A stretch of 64,000 bases of DNA from Octopus sinensis (lineage: Eukaryota): positions 93,062,001-93,126,000 of the forward strand of contig NC_043003.1 in the NCBI RefSeq assembly GCF_006345805.1, written 5' to 3'. Below are positions 1 to 11,049 of this stretch, one piece after another. The first letter of the stretch is position 1. Every line of letters begins with the position of its first letter. Made by a program: the position numbers and the translations under genes. A model generated the notes under the pieces. That model was not told where the DNA came from. It saw only the letters and a list, made by a program, of their open reading frames with translations, and made no database searches.

Positions 1-872
1 CAATTGAGAATAACCCACATTACACAACCCGAGAATTGGCAGAAAGCCTCAACCTATTGAAATCCGTTGATCATGAGCACCTGGTAAATCTTGGGAACAC
101 AAATAGCTACGAAGCTTGAGTACCACATGAGTTGAGTGAGAAGAACCTTTTGGATCGCATTTCCATCTGTCATTCGCTTTATAAACGGAATGAAAACGCA
201 CCTTTTTTAAAGCAAATTGTGACAGGTGATGAGAAATGGATTATCTACCGAAATGTTCAGAGAAAGCGATCCTGGAGTAAGTGACATGAGCCACCCTTAG
301 CCACCCCAAAAGCGGGTCTTCACCCTAAAAAAGTCTTGCTTTGTGTCTGGTGGGATTGGAAAGGAATTCTGTACTATGAGCTTCTCCCAAGTAACCAGAT
401 AATTAATTCTGAGAAATTCTGCACACAACTGGACGAGTTAAAAGCAGCAATTCAAGAGAAACGTCCTAATTGGCCAACAGGAAGGATGTTGTTTTCCAAC
501 ATGATCATGCAAGACCGCACGTTTCTTTGGGAACCAGACAAAAATTGCTGCAGCTCAGCTGGGATGTGTCACCCCACCCTCCGTATTCATCAGACATTGT
601 TCCTTCGGATTTCCACTTATTCAGGTCTCTGCAGAATAGTCTTAATGGTAAAAATTTCAATTCCTTGGATGACGTCAAAAGATACCTTGATGAATTCGTT
701 GCCATGAAACCACTTCAATTCTGGGAAGAGGATGTTTTCAAGTTAAAGGAAAGATGGAGACGTATTGTGAAACAAAATGGTTCATATTCGGTTGATTAAA
801 AATGTAATGGTAAGTATTTATTGACCTTTTTCTTTCCTTTAAAAATCAGTACGAACTTTCCTGACAACCCAA
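1..872 (+). mobile_element. Defective mariner (Tc1/mariner, D,D34D-type) transposon, 3' part, mellifera-subfamily-like
   Basis: Frame 3 gives TGDEKW, (W>stop)VPHEL with TGA at 117-119 and LCVWWDWKGILYYELL; after a frameshift near 470 come HDHARPH, HPPYSSDIVPSDFHLFRSLQNSLNGKNF and a stop at 797-799. The 3' TIR reads AAAAATCAGTACGAACTTTCCTGACAACCCAA (841-872), followed by TA. The 5' end is outside the window. Confidence 0.93.
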
Positions 873-1305
873 TAGAATGAACTGATTTGTTATGAGGAAG
901 AGGAAAATGCAAACGTTTCGAGCAATGTCCTTCATCTGAGAATCATATTATCTGATGGTGAATATTCACTATTAGATATAACTCGTATGAAGGACACCTC
1001 AAAGCTTATGCGTTTTCCCTTTCAGCAAATCGATTCATTGTACTTTTGAATTATGATGCCATCGACAAAATCATTATAGTATTCGAAGTGTAAGTAGTTT
1101 TTCGACCCTGTGCTGACAGGTGGCTTAACTGATCCCTGCAGGTATTGAACTTTGAATGTTGGCTATTATACCTAAATACGTTGTCATTATATGTGTCAGG
1201 GCGAGTAAATCAATATGAAGGCATTAACAGACATTCAACTATCTGGTAGGTTTTGTTTATTAATTTTCAAATAAAGCAAACAAATGGTTACTGTAGTCAC
1301 TCGTT

Positions 1306-1387
1306 GACGAGGTGGCCGAGTGGTTAAGGCGATGGACTGCTAATCCATTGGGGTCTCCCCGCGTGAGTTCGAATCTCATCCTCGTCG
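1306..1387 (+). tRNA. tRNA-Ser(GCT): tRNA-Ser (anticodon GCT), 82 nt, long variable arm
   Basis: Acceptor GACGAGG/CCTCGTC-like stem, A box TGGCCGAGTGG, anticodon stem ATGGA/TCCAT around CTGCTAA, variable arm GGGG-TCT-CCCC, T arm with GTTCGAATC. Confidence 0.96.
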
Positions 1388-1393
1388 CTTGCA

Positions 1394-1402
1394 TTTTTTT
1401 TT
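1394..1402 (+). terminator. Pol III terminator (T9) of tRNA-Ser
   Basis: Run of 9 T starting 7 nt after the tRNA 3' end. Confidence 0.85.
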
Positions 1403-1741
1403 AATTGTCTTAATTAAGCATCGTACTTTGTTATGGCAGGAGCTATATTTATGTATATATATTTATACATATATATGTGTATATCTATTTATATGTGTAG
1501 TCAAATCGAATAAGTTAGCATTGAAAATAACAACAACAAAAGGACGTGTATGTGGGATGTATTAATTTGACGTTTGGTAAAAAGAGAGAGTTTTTGACAT
1601 TTCGAGCATAGCTCTTCGTCAGAAAGGAAAACGGAGAAGTCCAGAGAAGGAAATATATCACCAACAGCACATATGTGTACTTACATAACTGAAGTATCTG
1701 TGTTTGTGTGTAACGTATATATATATATATATATATATAAC

Positions 1742-1786
<45 letters not shown>

Positions 1787-1809
1787 AACACACACACATA
1801 CACACACAT

Positions 1810-1877
<68 letters not shown>

Positions 1878-2462
1878 CAGAGCACATAAATGCAAAACAC
1901 GGTGGAAACGATAGTACTCGAATACCAAAGGTAGAATAATATACTTTTTATTAAAGCTTCAAAATTATCACAGAATTGTTACTCAGATTTTATCATTTCT
2001 GTTCGGCGGATAGTTGGGAGTACACACACACACAACACACCACACACACACACACAAATCTTCAATTTGCTTCAGCTTCAAAGCTGCGGTCACGCTGGGG
2101 CACCGGCATATATAATATATAGGTAAACAGTGATAAGAATTCATGGACTGGTTTCCATTTAAGTGAAAACAATGTCCAATGTTTCGAAAATGCATGAACA
2201 TCACAACTACTCATATAACTTTTTGTTTCGCAATATATTTTGTTTATGACAAACAGAAACGTATTACTTCTAGAAACATATTTTCAATATTTTTCTTGGA
2301 AAATATCACGTAATTATGACCCTAGAAAAGGATCATAATTACAATATATTTTCCGTAGATAAAGGGAATTTGGGTCATCCCAACATACTTTGACTTCATG
2401 TGGTGTGCCAAACGATTATTCATCCTAGCAGTGCCGACCACTCTCCAGGTTATTCTCTACAG

Positions 2463-2681
2463 CAGTGGTTTTCAACCAGTGTTCCGCGGAACCTTAGGGT
2501 TCCGCCAGTATAGTCCAGGGGTTCCGCAAGAAGTTACAAAACTGCTAAAATCGGCAGTAATTTTTAATTCTCCTGTGCAGATATGTGTGCATAAGACTAT
2601 TACATTATTGCACAGGGGTTCCTCGAGCCAGTGGAATGCTTCCTTGGGGTTCCGCTCCAGCAAAAAGTTTGAAAATCTCTG
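2463..2681. mobile_element. hAT (Charlie-like) MITE, 219 bp
   Basis: Imperfect TIRs CAGTGGTTTTCAACC / GTTTGAAAATCTCTG and a perfect 8-bp TSD CTCTACAG (2455-2462, 2682-2689). Confidence 0.9.
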
Positions 2682-2825
2682 CTCTACAGTTAGAAATATC
2701 AAAATTAATACTTAAGTGAAACAAAATGTTTATACTGTGAATTGAACCAGCATCGCTGACAATGTTCTCTTTAATTTGTACTATGAGTCTGTGCTGAAAT
2801 TTTCATTGTGCACAATTTTTAGATC

Positions 2826-3248
2826 TTTTCGGTTTGAACGGCAGTTTTTCCTAGCGGTGTCATATGAAATTGTCACCCATAATTATAACCCTAGTATCGA
2901 TCTATTGCATTTCAATCTGTTTTAGGGTTAGGGCTAGTTAGGGTTAGTTAGGGTTAGGTGTGGGGGGAAGGGTATCTTTTTTCTTCACAAATGTAAATAA
3001 ACCCAATCTGTTTCTTAAACTAGGGCCATATTCATACGGCACAGAATGTTTTCACCTCAATAGATGTCATTAATTGGTTGAAATTGCAGAAATTGAAGAA
3101 AAAAAAACAAATATCTTACAAACTATAGAATTTTCTCAATAAAGCCAAAAGAAAAAGATGTCTTATAAACACATTCTACCAGTATATGAAATTTAAAATT
3201 TTTTAGTTACCTAGAAATTATGTTAAAAACTGCCGTTCAAACCGAAAA
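2826..3248. mobile_element. Non-autonomous DNA element (MITE) with 24-bp TIRs and internal TTAGGG-like repeats
   Basis: TTTTCGGTTTGAACGGCAGTTTTT (2826-2849) is the exact reverse complement of 3225-3248; degenerate TTAGGG repeats at about 2921-2958. Confidence 0.8.
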
Positions 3249-3488
3249 TATCCAAAGAATTAAGTCAGATGCAATGTAATTTGAAATAATGTCGATATAC
3301 TAATGTCAAGCAAAACATAAAATGAAATCCGTTGTAGGGACTTCTTAAGTGGCCTCAATTACGTCGTTTTAGTGAAAGTAGAAAGCGGTTTGTAATTTCT
3401 AGTTATTGTTACTCTACCTAATATTTCATGTCTAAGCAGGCTACAGTATTTAAATAAAATAATGATAAAAAAAATAATAAATAGAAAA

Positions 3489-3570
3489 CGACGAGGATGA
3501 GATTCGAACTCACGCGGGGAGACCCCAATGGATTAGCAGTCCATCGCCTTAACCACTCGGCCACCTCGTC
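3489..3570 (-). tRNA. tRNA-Ser(GCT): tRNA-Ser (anticodon GCT), identical to the copy at 1306-1387
   Basis: Reverse complement is base-for-base identical to the first copy; followed directly by TTTT (3485-3488). Confidence 0.96.
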
Positions 3571-3855
3571 AACGAGTAATAATTACTCATTGTTCTCTTT
3601 ATTGCTAGATTAGTAACAAACGATAACTGTTTAACAGTTGAATGTTTATCGCTGTCTTTATTGATTTCTTCGACATAACATATAAATGCCAACGTAGTGA
3701 ACTTTTTGATTGAATTATTTCGCTACGAGTTAAAAACGTGCTTGGATGTTAATTGTGAACTGCGTACTGGTGCTCATAGAAACGTCACAAAAATGATGGC
3801 CAGTTTTCCCTTTGTAAAGAAATTTGCTGAATTTGTAAGTGATAAAAAGATATAA

Positions 3856-6525
3856 GATAGGTGGAGATAGAGTTGGATTGGCGGAGTTTGCCCGAGTTTG
3901 CAAGAGATTGGCGGAGTTTGCCAGAGTTTGCTAGAGATTGGCGGAGTTTGCAGTAGATTGCCAGAGATCGGCGGAGTTTGCCGTAGATTGCCGGAGATTG
4001 CTGGAGATTGCAGGAGTTTGCCGGAGATTTCCGGAGTTTGCCGGAAATTGCCAGAGTTTGCCGGAGATTGCCGGAGTTTGCCGGGGATTGCTAGAATTTG
4101 CTGGAGTTTGCCGGAGATTGTCGGAGTTTACCGGAGATAGCCGGAGATATCCGGAGATTGCCGGAGATAACCGGAGATTGACTGAGATTGACCGAGATTG
4201 ACCGAGATAGCCGGAGATTGACCGAGATAGCCGGAGATTGACCGAGATAGTCGGAGGTTGACCGAGATAGCCGGAGATGAAGGAATAGCATTTTGGAAGA
4301 TTTCCCAATAATGCTCGGTGTTAAAACACCTGGGAGAGAGTGAGATAGAGTGAGATTGGCGGAGATAGAGTGCGATAGGCGGAGATAGAGTGAGATGGGC
4401 GGAGATAGGTGAAGATTGGCGGAGATTGGCGGAGATAGGCGGAGATAGGCGGAGATGGGCGGAGATTGCCGGAGATTGCCGGAGATTGCCGGAGATTTCC
4501 GGAGATAGGCGAAATAGCATTTTGGGAGATATCCCAACACTGTTGGGTGTTAAAACACCTGAGAAAGAGGTAGAGAGTGAGATTGGCGGAGATTGGCGGA
4601 GATTGGCGTCGATGGGTAAAGATTGGCGGAAATTTGCGGACATAGGCGGAGATTGTCAGAGATACGCAGCGAGACGCGGAGATAGGCGGCATAGCATTTT
4701 GGGAGATTTCCCAATAATCCTGGGTGTTAAAACACCTGGGAGAGAGTGAGATAGAGTGAGATAGGCAGAGAGATTGGCGAAGATAGGTGGAGATGGAGTG
4801 AGATTGGTGTCGTTTTCCGGAGTTTGCCGCAGATTGGCGGAGTTTTCCGGAGATTGACGGAGTTTGTCGGAGATTGCCGGAGATTGCTGGAGATAACCGG
4901 ACATAGCCGGACATAGCCGGAGATAGTCAGAGATTGCCGGTCATTGCCGGAGTTTGTTGGAGTTTGCGGGAGATTGCCAGAGTTTGCCGGAGATTGCCGG
5001 AGATTGCCGGAATAGCATTTTGGGAGATTTCCCAATAATGCTGGGTGTTAAAACACCTGGGGAGAGTGAGATATAGTGAGATAGGCGGAGATAAATTGAG
5101 ATAACCGGATATAGATTGCGATAGGCAGAGATAGAGTGAGATAGGCGGAGATAGATTGAGATAGGCGGAGATGGAGTGAGATAGGCAGAGATAGGCGGAG
5201 ATAGGCGGAGATGGGAGGAGGTTGGCGGAGATTGGTAGAGATAGGCGGAATAGCATTTTGGGAGATTTCCCAATAATGCTGGGTGTTAAAACACCTGGGA
5301 AAGAGGGAGAGAGTGAGATTGGCGGAGATTGGCGTAGATGGGCGGAGAATGGCGGAAATAGGCGGAGATAGGCGGAGATGGAGTGAGATAGGCGGAGATA
5401 GAGTGAGATTGGCGGAGATAGGCAGAGATGGAGTGAGATTGGAGGAGTTTGCTTGAGATTGCCGGAGATTGGCGGAATAGCATTTTGGGAGGTTTCCCAA
5501 TAATGCTGGGTGTTAAAACACCTGGGAGAGGTGAGATAGAGTGAGATAGAGTGAGATAGGCGGAGATAGAGTGAGACAGGCGGAGATAGGGTGAGATAGG
5601 CGGAGATAGGCGGAGATAGAGTGTGATAGGCGGAGATATGCGAAAATAGAGTGAGATAGGCGGAGATAGAGTGAAATAGGCGGAGATAGGAAGAGATAGA
5701 GTGAGATTGGCGGAGTTTGCCGGAGATTGCCGGAGTTTGCTTGAGATTGCCGGAGATTGGCGGAATAGCATTTTGGGAGGTTTCCCAATAATGCTGGGTG
5801 TTAAAACACCTGGGAGAGGTGAGATAGAGTGAGATAGAGTGAGATAGGCGGAGATAGAGTGAGACAGGCGGAGATAGGGTGAGATAGGCGGAGATAGGCG
5901 GAGATAGAGTGTGATAGGCGGAGATATGCGAAAATAGAGTGAGATAGGCGGAGATAGAGTGAAATAGGCGGAGATAGGAAGAGATAGAGTGAGATTGGCG
6001 GAGTTTGCCGGAGATTGCCGGAGTTTGCTTGAGATTGCCGGAGAAATCCGGAGTTTGCCGGAGATTGCCGGAGATTGGCAGAATAGCATTTTGGGAGGTT
6101 TCCCAATAATTCTGGGTGTTAAAACACCTGGGAGAGAGTGAGATAGAGTGAGATAGGCGGAGATAGAGTGAGATAGGCCGAGGTAGAGTGAGATAGGCCG
6201 AGGTAGATTGAGATAGGCGGAGATAGAGTGAGATAGGCGGAGATAGAGTGAGATAGGCGGAGATAGAGTGAGACAGGCGGAGATAGAGTGAGATAGGCGG
6301 ACATAGCGTGAGATAGGCGGAGATAGGCGGAGATTGGCGTAGATTGGCGGAGATTGGCGTAGATTGGCGGAGATAAGCGGAGATTGCCGGAGATAGGCGG
6401 AATAGCATTTTGGGAGATTTCCCAATAATGCTGGGAGAGAGGGAGAGAGTGAGATTGGCGGAGATTGGCGTAGATGGGCGGAGATCGGCGGAGATTTGCG
6501 GAAATTGGCGGAAATACCCGGAGAT
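3856..6525. repeat. GC-rich 10-bp satellite (GGAGATTGCC / GGAGATAGGC / GAGATAGAGT variants) organised as a higher-order repeat by a 50-bp island
   Basis: 10-bp periodicity throughout. The island ATAGCATTTTGGGAGATTTCCCAATAATGCTGGGTGTTAAAACACCTGGG starts at 4285, 4514, 4691, 5012, 5250, 5477, 5765, 6083 and (truncated) 6402. Confidence 0.95.
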
Positions 6526-7445
6526 AAAATAAAATAAAAAAAATAAAATAAAATAAAATGAAGTAAAAATAAGAAAATAAAATAAAATAAAAATAAAATA
6601 AAATAAAAAATAAAATAAATATTTTTATTTTATTTTATTTTTTGAATTTAAAAAATTTATTGTATTATTTAATCTTTTATTAATTTTTTAAATCAAAAAT
6701 TTTTTAAATTTGTTTTTTTAATTTGTTTGTCGGAGATTGGCGGAGTTTGCCGGAGATTGCCGTAGATTGGCAATTTTATTTCATTTTATTTTATTTTTGT
6801 ATTATTTTATTTTATTTTATTTTATCTTTTATTAATAAATAAAATAAAAAAAATAAAAGTGAATGAAAATAAAATAAAAACAATAACATGAAAATAAAAT
6901 AAAAACAATACAATAAAAAATAATAAAAATGAAATAAAATAAAATTAAAATAAATAAAAACAAAAAATAAAATAAATTAAGAATAAAAAATAAAACAAAA
7001 AAAATAAAATTGTAAATTAAAATAAAATAAAATAAAATAAAAAATAAAATATAATAAAAAAAATAAAAAAAATAAAATAATAAAATAAAATTAAAAAATA
7101 TAAAAAAATATATAAAAAATATAAAATAAAATAAAATGAAATAAAATGAAATAAAATGAAATAAAAATAAAATAAAATTAAATAAAATGAAATGATAAAA
7201 AAAAAATTATAAATTAAAATAAAACGAAATAAAAAAATAAAATAAAATAAAATGAAAATAAAAATAAAAAATAAAATAAGATAAAAATAGAATAAAAAAA
7301 TAAAACAAAACAATAAAATGAAAAAAATAGATAAATGAAAAAATTAAAAATAATAAAATATTTATTTTTTATTTTATTTTATTTTACTTTTAATTTAATT
7401 CTTTTATTAATAAATAAAATTAAAAAATAAAAGTTAAAAAAAATG
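6526..7445. repeat. Degenerate (AAAAT)n low-complexity tract with strand switches and an orphan 10-mer satellite piece (6731-6771)
   Basis: Alternating A-rich and T-rich blocks. Confidence 0.85.
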
Positions 7446-7599
7446 TAGGAAAGTAAAGTAAGGTAAGGTAAGGTAAAGTAAAGTAAGCAAGTAAGTACGT
7501 ATGTATCTATGTATGTATGTATGTATGTTTGTATGTTTGCATGTATGTATGTCAGTATGCATGCATCTATGGTTCTCCTTTCCATTTTGACTGTCTTTG

Positions 7600-8797
7600 A
7601 GCCTGTCATCTTGCATCCTTTCCATTTTGACTGCCTATGAAGTCTACCAAAAGTACTACTAGCCCTGCTGATTCTGTATGAAATTTCATCAGTAGTGCGC
7701 AAAGTACTTCCTAAATAAATAAATCTAGGTACAGTTTCCATCCTTTGACCATTCACAGTTATAAAAGGTTCCATATACATCTTGTAGGGAGCAGGCTGCT
7801 ACATTATAACAGTTTTTTAGATTGATTGTTAGACCCAATGCTGCACATGCTGCAGAAATCACATTCTGCCATACAGTAACTCAATAAGGTGAGAATGCAG
7901 AACTTTCGCTTTGACACAGAGTCTTTTGAGATTGAACAGTTTTCCTGTTGTCCTGTATCTTATATAGACCCCTTCAGGGCAATCTTTAAAAGCTAATTGA
8001 AAGACTATTGCGAAATATACAGTGTAGGAGCAAAACTTTCACCTTGCTTTACACCATTTTCTGCAGAAATTGGATCTAATGTACCTCCAACATTAACTCT
8101 CTTCCATCTTGTCATGAAATTGTCTAAGCATTCTCACAAATTTTGCAGGGCATCCTAGCTTTTCTAGGATCTCACAAAGTGCAATTCTATTGGTAAAATC
8201 AAATGCTTTTGTTAGGTCAATGAAAACCTGGTGTAAGTCCATATCCTGTTCAACGCACTTCTCTTGCAACTATCTAGCTGAAAATATCATATCCACAGTA
8301 CTCCTACTATCCTTAAACCCATATTGCAATTCTGGTAGAATTTCATCAGCTATGTGCAGAAGCAATCTATCCAGCATCACACTACAGAGGACCTTTCCAG
8401 CAACAGCTAACATAAAGATGTCGTGATAATTATCACAGACATCCTATCCACCTTTAGATTTATATTGTATCTCCATAGTTGCATCAGGCCAATCAGGAGG
8501 AACCTCTTCACTTTGCCAAACCCTCTGAATCACATCCGTCAACATTGCACAAAGATGATACTACTATATTTATATATCTCTGCACCAAGTCCATCCATAC
8601 AAGGAGCCTTTCCATTGATCAATTTCCTGATTGTTGCTTTTATTTCAGCCAGGTCTGGAATTTCTGCTATGAGATGTTTTATTGGTCTCTCAGGTATATT
8701 ATCAAAAAAAAGAGAGATCAACTTCAGTGGGTCTATTGATCAACTCATCAAAATGTTCTTTCTATCTCCCAACAGTATCTTTAAGATTTGTTAATAT
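7600..8797 (-). mobile_element. Decayed RTE-clade LINE, reverse transcriptase fragment
   Basis: Broken frames give GKAPCMDGLGAEIYK, QVFIDLTKAFD, NGVKQGESFAPTL and RFIYLGSTL...EISYRISRASSTFGRL, typical of RTE/BovB ORF2. Confidence 0.85.
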
Positions 8798-9729
8798 TGT
8801 TGCGAGTTCAGCTTGAGGACAGAGACGGCGACCCACATTTGGAATATATCCATTGTCCTGTCAGATTCAGGTGGATTAATTGGTTCTGTTTGGAACTACG
8901 ACCCCTTTCAGGTGAACCAAAGTTCGCTCTAAGCACCGCTTAAAAAGGAAGAACCTTGAGCTGTACACACAGTTGGCCGGAAACTCTGCTAGAGACGAGT
9001 CAGTCGAAGACAGAGCAAGTAACAGGTTGTTTTCTGCTGTGACAGATGAAAGACAGGGAAGGTTAAGGAATTAAGAGACTGCAGCGAGAGGGCTTGGCAA
9101 TCACAGTAGTAATTGTCTGAAATTGTGGCAGACGGAAAGGGAACGTCCGGTAAAGTTTTGTTTGTATTTAATTATGTATTGATATGCGTTACGATGTAAA
9201 GAGACTGTAAAAGAAAAAAAAGAGAAAGAAGAAAGAGAGAGAAAAAAAAGGAGGACTTTGATATAGTCGATAATGAACATTGAACTGTAACGTGAATTGT
9301 TGTGATACGAACATTATGTAATGTATCGAACTGTTCTGATTGGACCGTAACGCATCGTGAACATTATTTGATCTGAACTTGCTTGTCAATGAACATTGTT
9401 ATATTGTTACATGCATGTTTTCTTTAAATGCTTTGAACTGTTGCTGATATATATATGACTTGTTGTGTCGTTACCGGACTGTTATATTGAGTAGTCACGT
9501 GCATGTCCTCCTTTAAATGTTTGCCTTAAATGCTTTGATGTATCTTGATGTAACAATTGTAATAGTCATATAAACTAGTTGTTAAACGTAGCCAATTGCC
9601 TTGCCTTCCGCTGTGTCTCAGTGTCTCTTCTCTCTGCTGCTGCTGTTGTTGTCGTTATCTCTCTCTCCTCTCCGAGTTTCCGTGGCGAACTTTCCTGATC
9701 GACCGGACGACGGCAGGTGGTCCGTAACA
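8798..9729. mobile_element. Solo LTR (932 bp), probably Ty3/gypsy-type
   Basis: Termini TGTTGCG...CGTAACA (TG...CA, 7-bp imperfect inverted repeat) and a 4-bp TSD ATAT (8794-8797, 9730-9733); no internal coding sequence. Confidence 0.72.
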
Positions 9730-9859
9730 ATATATATGCATGTATATATGTATATACATATATATATGTGTGTGTATATGTATATACACATATATATATG
9801 TGTATATGTATATATATATATACACACACATGCACACATATATGTGTGTATATGTATAT

Positions 9860-9899
<40 letters not shown>

Positions 9900-9910
9900 G
9901 TTTATATATA

Positions 9911-10082
9911 AGTAGAGGCGCAATGGCTCTGTGGTTAGGGCAGAGACTCATGGTCGGAGGATCGCGGTTTCGTTGTGTGTGTTTATTGAGCGATAACACC
10001 CAAAAGCTCCATGAGGCTCCGGCAGGGGTGGTGGCGACCCCTGTGTACTCTTTCGCCACAACTTTCACTTTTCCTGTTTCTT
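9911..10082 (+). mobile_element. Truncated tRNA-derived SINE (same family as 28187-28574)
   Basis: Head GGCGCAATGGCTCTGTGGTTAGGG...GGTTTCG with A/B-box-like motifs; body matches the 28.2-28.6 kb copy. Confidence 0.75.
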
Positions 10083-10203
10083 AAGTAATGCTACGATGGA
10101 CTAGTGTCCCGACCAGCTGTGGGGAACACATACGCCACAAAAAACAGGAAACCGGGCTCATGAGCCTGGCTAGGCTTGAAAAGGGAGACGGTTTTTTTTA
10201 TAT

Positions 10204-10239
<36 letters not shown>

Positions 10240-10522
10240 CACCCACACACCCATCCTTACATCTCCACACCCACACACCCATCCTTACATCTCCACACCC
10301 ACACACACGTCCAGACCACCAGCCCTCTTTCACACGCACATACATACTCTCTTATACACACACGCACCTTTGTGTTGGGGGCACCTTCGTTTTGGAAGTC
10401 ACTTGGCCCTGTTATTTCCCCTACTGTCCTTCTCGTGTCTGACCACTGTCCAAAGTCAGGACATCATGATAGATCGTTAGCTCCTGCACGCATTTTTTTC
10501 TCTCCTTATTTTTTTCTGCGTA

Positions 10523-10560
10523 TCTTTCTGTCGAAGAGCGTAGGCTCGAAACGTAAAAGA
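10523..10560 (+). ncRNA. Minimal type I hammerhead-like motif (Penelope-type), core substitution A6>U
   Basis: TCTTT-CTGTCGA-A-GAGC-GTAG-GCTC-GAAA-CG-T-A-AAAGA: stem I TCTTT/AAAGA, stem II GAGC/GCTC, palindromic ACGT stem III. Confidence 0.6.
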
Positions 10561-10683
10561 CTTTTTCTGTTTCTATTCCTGAGCGCTATACTAATACATT
10601 TGTTTGTTTGTACTCCACCTACCTTCGTCTTTTGTTTATTTTTGTAAACCTTCCCGTTATATATATATATATATATATATGTT

Positions 10684-10724
<41 letters not shown>

Positions 10725-10978
10725 TGTATATACATGTATACACATATATGTATATACATATATACATACACACACACACACACATATGTTTATATATAAG
10801 TAGAGGCGCAATGGCTCAGTGGTTAGGGCAGCAGACTCATGGTTGGAGGATGGTTGTATTTTTATTTTGTATTTGTTTTTAATTGTATTGTTTTTACGTC
10901 CTGTTTTTGTCACATTTTTTCCTTGTTTTTACCTCTCTGCAAAGGAATTTTATTTAATTCTTTCGCAGGAAGGACTCG

Positions 10979-11049
10979 TTCGACGAGACGTGTTCTGTCC
11001 GCACCTTCGAAACACGCTGGAGTTGAACTAGGGACAGCTGATGAAGGGG
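10979..11049 (+). ncRNA. Candidate non-circularly permuted hammerhead ribozyme, copy A
   Basis: CGTGT-T (10989-10994), CTGTCC (10995-11000), CCTTC-GAAA-CACG (11004-11016), GGACAG-CTGATGA-AGGGG (11032-11049); outer helix TTCGAC/GTTGAA. Confidence 0.55.

Noticed and set aside
911-938. Minus-strand hammerhead-like CAGATGA-A...GAAACGT (similar CTGATGAAG at 48003-48025)
   Set aside because: Core or stems too degenerate (U4>A and no stem I; no GAAA in the second) to call.
2921-2958. Telomere or chromosome-fusion scar
   Set aside because: Short, degenerate and enclosed by MITE TIRs.
3898-6425. Long ORFs up to 493 aa in the satellite
   Set aside because: A by-product of a 10-bp unit lacking stops on one strand; overlapping ORFs in all frames, no splice or domain evidence.
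4285-6435. CRISPR-like array (palindromic repeat with spacers)
   Set aside because: Spacers are 127-271-bp runs of related 10-mers rather than unique 25-45-bp sequences; eukaryotic context; no cas genes.
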